A model generated the notes under the pieces. The model worked only from the letters and a program-made list of their open reading frames with translations. It did not search any database and had not been told where the DNA came from. A DNA stretch of 62,290 nucleotides, filler included. It is 8 parts of 8 records of this genome, joined end to end, with 100 filler letters (N's around TTAATTAATTAA, not from the genome) between each part and the next. Parts side by side here need not be neighbours in the genome. Positions count along the whole stretch, not along the records: positions 23,489 to 32,213 come from SRR20825014_178; positions 32,314 to 36,007 come from SRR20825014_180; 6 more parts are not named here. One strand, given 5' to 3'. This document shows, in pieces, positions 28,326-36,107 of the stretch (within the stretch, counting starts at the first letter, position 1; the number at the start of each line of letters is the position of its first letter). Made by a program: the position numbers and the translations under genes.

Positions 28326-30013
28326 CTCTGCTCCGCCTCATCGTCCGTGCCGTTCAGCGGGATGCTGATCGAGATCCGGGTTTCGCCGGCATCGAAGCTG
28401 CGCTCAATGCTGCCGTTAAGCTCTAGCCGGATGCTGGCGTCGATCAGCCGGGTGCCAAAGCCAGAGGAAGGCGTGCTGCTTTCCTCGCCGGGGGATGTGC
28501 CGGCGCCGTTTTTCGGCTCCGCGCTGCTGGTGCCGGACGGCCGCCGTTCCACCCAGTCAATGGTGATCCGGTCCCCATCTTCCTCGTGCCGCCAGGTGAC
28601 GGACAATGTGCCGTCCTGTTCCGCAACGCCGCCGTATTTCATCGCATTCGTTGCAAGCTCGTGGAATGTCAGGCCGAGGGCCTGAGCGGCGGTTTCGCCG
28701 AATTCCACATTCGGGCCGTCCAGTGCTTCTTCGGGAATGCGGTCGCCAAAAACCTGGTTCAGTTCGGCTTGTAACAGATCCCGCAATGCGGCACGGCGCC
28801 AGCTGGATTCGGTCAGCATGTCCTGCGCATTGGCCATCGCCTGCATGCGGGCTTCAAAGGATGAGCTGAACTCTTCCAGAGTGTTCGAATGGATGGCTGT
28901 CTGGCGGGCCATGGCAAGAATGCGGGCGATGGAATTCTTGATCCGGTGCTTGGTTTCCTGCAGCAGAAGATTCTTTTCCTCGACGGTTCTTTCCGTCATG
29001 GCCTGAACCTCCCGGGCTGATTGAACGGCCTTCAGTTGCAGGCGAACCAGCACCGCCGCCGCGATGGCGAGCAGGATCGTCGAGATCATCAGCAAGCCGG
29101 TGCGCCAATAGAGTGAGGGGTCCAGGAATTCCTTTGTTTCGTGAGCAGTGATCGACCAGATCCGGCCGCCGACATCCAGATCCCGGGTTACCGTGAAGCT
29201 GCTTGTCTCGGAAACTTCCGTGAAATGATTTGATTGGAACAGCAGGGTATCGTCGCCGTCGGTCGTGTCGCGGGTCTCAAGGACAAGCGGCAGGTAGGAG
29301 GCGCCGACAAGAGCTTCGCGATGAATGTCCGCGGCAACGAAGGGCGCGTAGATAAAGCCTTCGACGGCCGGCGGTTCGGCTCCGGATGCCCGATGGGACA
29401 TCGCCAGCTGGTCGGGAAAGGGCAAGTAATAGAGAAAGCCGCCCTGCTTTTCGCCGGTGACCTCTTGCACGAGATCGACAGGGCCACTGGCCGCACCGCT
29501 TCCCGTATCAAGGGCCCGTTGCATTGCGGCCCGCCGCACGGGCTCGCTGAACATATCGTAGCCGAGCGCTGCTTCATTGGCGCGATCAAGGGGCTCAAGC
29601 AGAACGATCGGCGTTCTGCGCTTAACCCTGGTTTCCGGCCACACGGAACGCGCGCCGCCATAGCGGTCGCTCAGTTCGTCCTCAATCCGGGTTTCCGCAC
29701 CGGCATCGATCAATTTTGCCAGGCCAAGGCCCAGAAGGCCGCCAAACCGGTTTTTCAGATCGAGCGCAGTGACAAAGTCCCGCATCTCGGCTTTGGAGAC
29801 AACACCATTGCGTGCAGTGAAGAAGGCGTTCGTGGCCTGCAGAAGCGTAAGATACCGGGTGATCCGGTCATCTATACGCCCGACGGCCTTGTCGGCGACG
29901 CGCTCGAAATTCAGGCGCGTGCTCACATCCTCGGCGCGATAGACGACAACCGTCATGGCAGCGCCGACGGCTGCAACTGCAAGAAAGGCGAATGCAGGCA
30001 AATATCTATTCAA
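28322..30013 (-). CDS. CHASE-domain sensor histidine kinase, HWE family
   Basis: N-terminal TM, CHASE signature (EPLDRANEAALGYDMFSEPVRRAAM...SGPVDLVQE), second TM, H-box ETKHRIKN, HELATNAMKYG, WVE and GFG. Confidence 0.92.
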   Translation of the reverse strand: MNRYLPAFAFLAVAAVGAAMTVVVYRAEDVSTRLNFERVADKAVGRIDDRITRYLTLLQATNAFFTARNGVVSKAEMRDFVTALDLKNRFGGLLGLGLAKLIDAGAETRIEDELSDRYGGARSVWPETRVKRRTPIVLLEPLDRANEAALGYDMFSEPVRRAAMQRALDTGSGAASGPVDLVQEVTGEKQGGFLYYLPFPDQLAMSHRASGAEPPAVEGFIYAPFVAADIHREALVGASYLPLVLETRDTTDGDDTLLFQSNHFTEVSETSSFTVTRDLDVGGRIWSITAHETKEFLDPSLYWRTGLLMISTILLAIAAAVLVRLQLKAVQSAREVQAMTERTVEEKNLLLQETKHRIKNSIARILAMARQTAIHSNTLEEFSSSFEARMQAMANAQDMLTESSWRRAALRDLLQAELNQVFGDRIPEEALDGPNVEFGETAAQALGLTFHELATNAMKYGGVAEQDGTLSVTWRHEEDGDRITIDWVERRPSGTSSAEPKNGAGTSPGEESSTPSSGFGTRLIDASIRLELNGSIERSFDAGETRISISIPLNGTDDEAEQS

Positions 30014-30369
30014 GGATTTTCCGATCTCCCGAGCGGTTTAATAGGCGTAAATGAACCGCCCGGCAATATTTCCAATTCAAGATAAAGGCTTCTGTATAGG
30101 GGCGTTCAGCCCTGTAGCCGCTCCCATGCCTGCCTCAATCCCTGTTCGGGATGTATTCCGGTGGACTGCCTGGCGAACTGCTCGGTGTCCGATAGGGAAA
30201 TATATTGGCAAATTAAGTGCGGAATATGGGGTGCACGGACAGATTTTTGTTCATCTTGCCCAAAAGTTGCCGCGGCTTTGCCTTCTCGCAAGCAGGCCGT
30301 CATGGCGTTCGGGATCGGCCGTGCGGTGCGGTGTGGCGCGGAAAATTTAGATATTCGGATTACCTGGCG

Positions 30370-30394
30370 GGAACTTTTTCTACTCGAAGACGTT
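30370..30394 (+). promoter_or_regulatory. sigma-EcfG (RpoE2/SigT) promoter
   Basis: Exact GGAAC-N16-CGTT (GGAAC TTTTTCTACTCGAAGA CGTT) inside the GSR locus. Confidence 0.82.
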
Positions 30395-30399
30395 TTACA

Positions 30400-30518
30400 T
30401 GTATCTGCAGCAGGCGTCCGACGACGCATTCCCCCAAAGGCTGCAGAACAAAATCGGATTTATATCCGAGAGTCATCTGTCGGCGCTGCCTTTCCCCGGG
30501 CGGCGCCGACTTCTTTTA
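30400..30518 (+). ncRNA. Putative EcfG-dependent small RNA (GsrN-like) with two C-rich loops
   Basis: It starts just downstream of the EcfG promoter. The stem TCTGCAGC/GCTGCAGA encloses ATTCCCCC; a second hairpin is TCGGAT-TTAT-ATCCGA; the terminator is GTCGGCGCTGCC-TTTCCCCG-GGCGGCGCCGAC-TTCTTTT. Confidence 0.7.
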
Positions 30519-31541
30519 AGCGGGGTTTTCCTGTGTGAAGGTAAGCTCGTAGGTCACGTGATCGGGGGCAATACGATAATGCGCCGTGCCGTCCACGGCA
30601 TTCGGGACGACGCGTTCCAGCACGATGCTGCCGAACCGGCCATTGTGCGGCTCAGCCTCGGCGTGCGAGGCCGGACTTTCCGGCCGCGTCTCGTTCCAGC
30701 GGATCTCGATCTGCCGCCGGTTTTCCTGCTGTCTGTTCGTGCATGTCAGCCGGACAGGAGCCGTTGCCTGCGCTGGCCCGCTGTGACTGGCGGCGTTCAC
30801 CACCAGTTCATGCAGCGCCAGGCCGACATGCAGCGCCTCATTGGGAGAGAGCCAGGGATTGTCGCCTTCGAGGGTGATGCCGGAATGGCCCTCGGTGACG
30901 TATTTTTCGATTTGCTGTGTCGCGAGATCGCGAAACCGTGCGCCGGTCCAGCTGGAATCCGTTATCAGATCCTGTGACTGGGACAGGGAATAGAGCCGCC
31001 CCCGGAATTTCGACAGAAAGCTGTCCAGTGTTCCCGAGTGCCGTGCTGTCTGGGTGGCGATGCTTTGAATGATGGCGAGTAGATTTTTGCTGCGATGACT
31101 CAACTCGCGCAGCAATGCCTTCAGTGTCCGCTCCCGGCGCCGCTCCTCCGTAAGGTCGATGATCGTGGTCATGACGAGGGCCGGATTATGTGTTGGAACC
31201 AGCAATTCGACGTTGAATTCGAAAAACTGGTTCTGGCCGACGACCATTTCCTGCTTCTGGTTTTCCAGGCGCGTGATGGCATCGGTTTTCAGGTCTGTCA
31301 GGGCCGCACCGATTTCGGGTCCGAACATATCCTGGTCGCGGGGGGACTGTGCGGGCAGGACCGCCCAGCAGTCCGGCAGATTCGCGATGAAGATGTAGTC
31401 AAGGGATGCGTCTTGAAGAGTTACACAAACGCCTGAGCGGATAAGGGCGCGCACGAGGTGGTCGTTAAGCTCCGCCTCATTCTGCCCGCCCTTTTGCCAG
31501 GTCAGCTGTTCGACCGGCAGCGTCACGATAACTCCCTCCAC
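30516..31541 (-). CDS. Cytoplasmic HWE-type sensor kinase of the GSR locus (PhyK/RsiC-like)
   Basis: PAS-like N-terminus; ELSHRSKNLLAIIQSIA, HELVVNA and RWNE; downstream of phyR-DUF1328. Confidence 0.87.
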   Translation of the reverse strand: MEGVIVTLPVEQLTWQKGGQNEAELNDHLVRALIRSGVCVTLQDASLDYIFIANLPDCWAVLPAQSPRDQDMFGPEIGAALTDLKTDAITRLENQKQEMVVGQNQFFEFNVELLVPTHNPALVMTTIIDLTEERRRERTLKALLRELSHRSKNLLAIIQSIATQTARHSGTLDSFLSKFRGRLYSLSQSQDLITDSSWTGARFRDLATQQIEKYVTEGHSGITLEGDNPWLSPNEALHVGLALHELVVNAASHSGPAQATAPVRLTCTNRQQENRRQIEIRWNETRPESPASHAEAEPHNGRFGSIVLERVVPNAVDGTAHYRIAPDHVTYELTFTQENPA

Positions 31542-31616
31542 ACCTGTCTTTTTCTTCCGGCGGCCGGATGGCGGATTCCGCCGTCCGTGCTGCCGGAAGG
31601 AGTGAACATGGGGCGC

Positions 31617-31781
31617 CTAAACCCTTCGGAACAGGCGGAAGACCATGGATATTGCAAACAGAACCAGGAATATGACGAACAGGATTTTCGCGATTCCGGC
31701 ACTGGCGCCGGCGATCCCGGTAAAACCGAGGACGCCGGCGATAATGGCGACGATGAAAAATAACAGTGCATAGCCAAGCAT
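31617..31781 (-). CDS. DUF1328 (YtjA/UPF0391) small membrane protein, 54 aa, not in the ORF track
   Basis: Manual translation gives [61 protein letters not shown]. Confidence 0.93.
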   Translation of the reverse strand: MLGYALLFFIVAIIAGVLGFTGIAGASAGIAKILFVIFLVLFAISMVFRLFRRV

Positions 31782-31810
31782 GGTTGTCTCCCGTTTGATT
31801 CGGGAAGAAC

Positions 31811-31835
31811 AACGTGCAGTGTCTCCAAATGTTCC
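31811..31835 (-). promoter_or_regulatory. sigma-EcfG promoter of the DUF1328 gene
   Basis: The minus strand reads GGAAC-ATTTGGAGACACTGCA-CGTT (N16), 30 nt before the ATG. Confidence 0.85.
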
Positions 31836-31859
31836 ATCAAAAGCATCAAATGGAGAGGA

Positions 31860-32213
31860 TCATGCTGCCTCGGGAACCTTTTCCATGAAGAAAAGAGCCT
31901 GACTGATCAGGGCCTTGACCATGTCCGGGTTGAACGGCTTTGTCACCAGGAAGGCCGGCTCCGGGCGTTCTCCGGTCAGGAAGCGTTCCGGAAAGGCGGT
32001 GATGAAGATAACCGGAATGTTACTGTTCGATTTCAGGATCTCGTTAACGGCGTCGATGCCGGAGCTGCCGTCGGCGAGCTGGATGTCGGCCAGGATCATC
32101 TTCGGTTTTGTTTCGTCGTACAGTTTGACCGCTTCCTTGTGGGTGCGGGCGATACCGGTGACCTGGTGGCCAAGGGTTTCGACCATCTGTTCGATATCCA
32201 TCGCGATCAGCGG
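31860..32213 (-). CDS. phyR: PhyR anti-anti-sigma response regulator, C-terminal receiver domain (5'-partial)
   Basis: PLIAMDIEQMVETLGHQVTGIART, LADIQLADGSSGIDAV, FITAFPER.LTGERPEPAFLVTKPF and ISQALFF are the PhyR receiver signature. Confidence 0.93.
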   Translation of the reverse strand, partial: PLIAMDIEQMVETLGHQVTGIARTHKEAVKLYDETKPKMILADIQLADGSSGIDAVNEILKSNSNIPVIFITAFPERFLTGERPEPAFLVTKPFNPDMVKALISQALFFMEKVPEAA

Positions 32214-32313
32214 NNNNNNNNNNNNNNNNNNNNNNNNNNNNNNNNNNNNNNNNNNNNTTAATTAATTAANNNNNNNNNNNNNNNNNNNNNNNNNNNNNNN
32301 NNNNNNNNNNNNN

Positions 32314-35300
32314 TTGATGCCTGCACAGTGTCTACTTACCTACGGCACCAACGACTCCACTTGCTTTTGTAATGTAGGAGGGAAAATGTTGTTTATGTCG
32401 AAGTATAGTCAGGAGGAGCTGGAGCTGGAATCGTTTGTTGCCACCAACGAGTTTGGATCTGCAATTGATGTGACGACGATCGTCCCTGCGAGGAAATGTA
32501 CTCTAGAGATTACAGACATCGAAAGCTCTGTACCATCCACTCTGATGTTCATCGACAACGGCGACGCAACCAACATCTTCACACAACTCGTCCCAGTCAT
32601 GTTTGCTGGAGTTGCAGATTTTGCCAACTCCATTTCCGACTCATCCGTCACAACCACAATTCGCTATGCGAATGTTAATGCCACAGGTTACACTGAGTAC
32701 GAGACTCAGCAGGCCTACGCAGAGGCTGTGAACAGTACTAGCCCCTTCATACTGCTGGGTAGTGGAACGGAGCTATCGTTCCTCGACGAGACCTCTAGCC
32801 AAGAGGCACTGAACGGAACTGCAACCTCGGGAAACTATGAAGCAATCGCCAACAACATCTCCGTCACAGCAACTAATTCCATCCTCAGTCTAATGAATGG
32901 GATTGACTACTATGCTCTGGAGGACCCCGTCTTGGTCTCTTCAGATGCATGGAACTCTGCTCATGTCAACATTCGTGCCACATTTGCTGACCACACACAT
33001 GCCATCGCAGCGTACTACACCAACTTGGCATCGGGAACCAACCCACCAACCTCCCTTAGTGCAATTGTAGAAAACGCAGAGCAAGCTGCTCTTGTTGGAA
33101 AATCGTTTACGACCTTCCAAACTTCTGTCGCCGTCGCTACCCTCTCGAATATAGGGGGAACCGTTAGCGCCTTTAGAGCCTGGTTGGCATCGGCGGTTGA
33201 TGGCGGCGGAAGCCGTCCTTTCATTTTCGTCGGACTGATGACCAACACGAGCCTAGCACTGGAGCTCCTATACATCATCAACGGTACTGATGGCGTCGCT
33301 GCCACATCACCAAAACCTGGACTACTCTTCGCAGTTGCGAGTCCTGAGGAGACGATGTTCAGTCTATTCGAATATACCACTCCCAGGGCACTAACAGAAA
33401 TGCTCAACTTATTTAGAGCGAATGGATTCCAGTTAGATATGTTTGTTGAGGCCACACCCATCGCCAACTTTAATATATCATCGATGTTCAGGCGAACGAA
33501 TCCCCTTACTATTGACACTTCAAGTCAAGATGCGCCTGATATAGTATTTGCCTCCCATTTGAATGAGTGGTACCTCCCCAGAAGCACAAACGCCATCGTG
33601 CACCCAACCGCCTTCAGGAGACTTGAAGTTGTCAGAACAGCATTATCAGTTATCACGGGTATGTCGACTGCTGCTGGAACTACTGCCGTTGCCATCCTCT
33701 ATGAACTTATCAACGTTGGGGGTATCACTACTTCGTACGGCCCCTTCTACAAGTCAGCCTGCTCCGCCACAGTTGTCGCGTCTAATAACCGAGTTCGTAT
33801 TTGTCAGTGTGCTAAGGGCCCTAGGACGTTCCAAGCCATCAGCTTCTTGGACTACTACCTTCTTCAGACCTCCGCCCGCACAAACCAATTTAAATACTCG
33901 AATGAGGGATGTGGGGTGGTGTATCACGAAACGGTAGAAAGCTCCAGCTCCTCCCTTTCATCGTCTGAAATCGCAGGTATCGCAATTGCAGGTGTTGCCT
34001 TCATAGGAATCCTACTGGGACTGTGTCTTTGCTTCTATTGTTGTCGGAGGACGTTTTCAGTCCGACATGCACCCAAGGACTCATCTCTCCCCTTCGCCAT
34101 GGCCTTCACTGACATTCAGAGCAGTACTACCCTCTGGGCCCGCGTCCCTGAGGCAATGGCTGCATCTGTCGATGCCCATCACGAGCTCCTCCGCGAGTGC
34201 GTCTCGGTCTACAATGGATACGAGGTCAAGACGATCGGAGACAGTTTTATGGTGGCGTTTAAAACCGCGGATGCAGCTACGAAGTTTGCGCTTGGAGTTC
34301 AGATCAAGTTGTTCAATTATCACCTCTGGGGTCCAGAAATCGACGAAACGTATATTGAGACTCTTTGGGATGCCCACAAGCGTGATCAAGAGAATGCTGA
34401 AGGTTCTATCGATCTCGTCAATACCACAGCTGTAGACCGGGCGATGAATGCGATGCTGATCAATGAAGGGAGTGGGGGACAGACTCCTGCATCGCCGATT
34501 GTCACTGAGTCTCCTCTCATGCTTGAAAGGCGTCACTCAAAGAAACTGCTTGCTGCTACATCAGTGTTCCTTCCTCTGGATCCTTCAACTGGTGAACTCG
34601 ATCACGATGTATACGAACGGCTTTGGTGTGGGCTTAGAGTTCGCGTTGGTGTTCACTACGGAACTGGAGAAATCAAACGTGACCCTGTCAGTGATCGCTT
34701 CGATTACTACGGAACTGTTGTCAACACAGCCGCTCGTGTGGAGGGTGTTGGTCACGGTGGGCAGGTACTTCTCACTGACGACGCCTTCCAGGCCCTGTCC
34801 CCAGATTTCGAGAAGACCTTCAACGTTGCTGTGGATGAGCTAGGACTACAGCCCCTACGAGGACTCGATGCCCCTGTGGCCCTCTACCAGCTCACTCCCC
34901 TTTCACTATTTGAGAGAACGTTCCCACCTCTTCGACTCGACATAGAGAAGGTTGCTGAAGAAATTGAAACTGAAGATGACTCAAACGACGATGACTCGAA
35001 CTCCAATTCCAACTCCACCTCGAACGCCTCCAGTATGGGTGTCAATCAAACTATCACAGCATTCGGCATTTTCCGTAAGAAATTCATGAACTCCGTCAGC
35101 CCCTGGTCCCCTGAGGCCACTGCTGATAAAATCATAGCCAAGGAGATGAAGATGATGATGATTGGTAATAAGGGCGATCGACGGGCATCAGACTCGAAGA
35201 CTGGATCCCTTGGAGGGGGATCCATGCGGACAGAGGAGCGCCCCTTCCTATCCCCCCTAAACCCTGTGTTTTCCCCTCAAAACGGTGACACTCATGATGG

Positions 35301-35955
35301 GCCACAGACACCGTCTGTGTGGGATCGTGCGCCAGATTCGGAACCTGCAACCCCTATAATTACGCACGAAGAAGAGATGCAGGAGAAGGAATCTGGAGAG
35401 CGAACACGTACTCCACAGCTGATGATCGAACACACAATCGTGGCATCACCCGTGACTCCAACAACAAATCCAACACCCACAACAGCCAAGACCATCCGAT
35501 CCAACAAGGAAAAGGATGCATTCGCAGGCCTTGGTGATGCTCAGCAACAACAGCTTGATATGTGGATTCAGCGTCACGAAGCAGCGCGCTCCAAGGTGCT
35601 ATCATTCTACTACTTCATGGAGACCGCGCTGTCAACATCATCCCTTGCTCATCGATCTGAGAACATAGCGCATATGACAAAGAAATGGCAGATTAAGGCT
35701 AAGAATCCCAGTGCTAAACTTCGAGCGAAGCTGGCCAAGCGGGGCCTTGGAAGTCGGCGAGAAAGCGAAGCCAGCCAGAAAAGTAGGTTCACGGACACAA
35801 CAAGTAGAGCAGGAAAGCGTCGAACTGCTGAACCAACCTTGAAAGCCCAAAACGATGCATACGACCAAATGTACCTCCTAATAAGTCTATGCGCAAAGGT
35901 TGGTAAAGCTGCGACCGTGCGCCAGGCGCAATCAAGTAGAAAATTTGCCAATTAA
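32314..35955 (+). CDS. Kinetoplastid receptor-type adenylate cyclase (ESAG4/GRESAG4-like), 5'-partial
   Basis: Large extracellular domain, a single TM (IAGIAIAGVAFIGILLGLCL), and a class III cyclase domain: FTDIQSSTTLW, YEVKTIGDSFM, GLRVRVGVHYG, DYYGTVVNTAARVEGVGHGGQ and LGLQPLRG. Confidence 0.92.
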   Translation: MMPAQCLLTYGTNDSTCFCNVGGKMLFMSKYSQEELELESFVATNEFGSAIDVTTIVPARKCTLEITDIESSVPSTLMFIDNGDATNIFTQLVPVMFAGVADFANSISDSSVTTTIRYANVNATGYTEYETQQAYAEAVNSTSPFILLGSGTELSFLDETSSQEALNGTATSGNYEAIANNISVTATNSILSLMNGIDYYALEDPVLVSSDAWNSAHVNIRATFADHTHAIAAYYTNLASGTNPPTSLSAIVENAEQAALVGKSFTTFQTSVAVATLSNIGGTVSAFRAWLASAVDGGGSRPFIFVGLMTNTSLALELLYIINGTDGVAATSPKPGLLFAVASPEETMFSLFEYTTPRALTEMLNLFRANGFQLDMFVEATPIANFNISSMFRRTNPLTIDTSSQDAPDIVFASHLNEWYLPRSTNAIVHPTAFRRLEVVRTALSVITGMSTAAGTTAVAILYELINVGGITTSYGPFYKSACSATVVASNNRVRICQCAKGPRTFQAISFLDYYLLQTSARTNQFKYSNEGCGVVYHETVESSSSSLSSSEIAGIAIAGVAFIGILLGLCLCFYCCRRTFSVRHAPKDSSLPFAMAFTDIQSSTTLWARVPEAMAASVDAHHELLRECVSVYNGYEVKTIGDSFMVAFKTADAATKFALGVQIKLFNYHLWGPEIDETYIETLWDAHKRDQENAEGSIDLVNTTAVDRAMNAMLINEGSGGQTPASPIVTESPLMLERRHSKKLLAATSVFLPLDPSTGELDHDVYERLWCGLRVRVGVHYGTGEIKRDPVSDRFDYYGTVVNTAARVEGVGHGGQVLLTDDAFQALSPDFEKTFNVAVDELGLQPLRGLDAPVALYQLTPLSLFERTFPPLRLDIEKVAEEIETEDDSNDDDSNSNSNSTSNASSMGVNQTITAFGIFRKKFMNSVSPWSPEATADKIIAKEMKMMMIGNKGDRRASDSKTGSLGGGSMRTEERPFLSPLNPVFSPQNGDTHDGPQTPSVWDRAPDSEPATPIITHEEEMQEKESGERTRTPQLMIEHTIVASPVTPTTNPTPTTAKTIRSNKEKDAFAGLGDAQQQQLDMWIQRHEAARSKVLSFYYFMETALSTSSLAHRSENIAHMTKKWQIKAKNPSAKLRAKLAKRGLGSRRESEASQKSRFTDTTSRAGKRRTAEPTLKAQNDAYDQMYLLISLCAKVGKAATVRQAQSSRKFAN

Positions 35956-36107
35956 ATCGCTTTTGTTGTATTAAAGTTGGCTGGCTGGCTGTATATTTCT
36001 CTTTTGCNNNNNNNNNNNNNNNNNNNNNNNNNNNNNNNNNNNNNNNNNNNNTTAATTAATTAANNNNNNNNNNNNNNNNNNNNNNNNNNNNNNNNNNNNN
36101 NNNNNNN

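Noticed and set aside
30050-30073. A third EcfG promoter upstream of the CHASE kinase (GGAAA-N15-CATT on -)
   Set aside because: Both boxes and the spacing deviate from the two exact GGAAC-N16-CGTT sites nearby.
30106-30977. ORFs 30106..30429 (-), 30161..30538 (+) and 30399..30977 (+) as NepR or another small GSR protein
   Set aside because: There is no NepR-like motif and no RBS. The + ORFs run through a strong terminator and into the antisense of the kinase gene, so an sRNA explains the region better.
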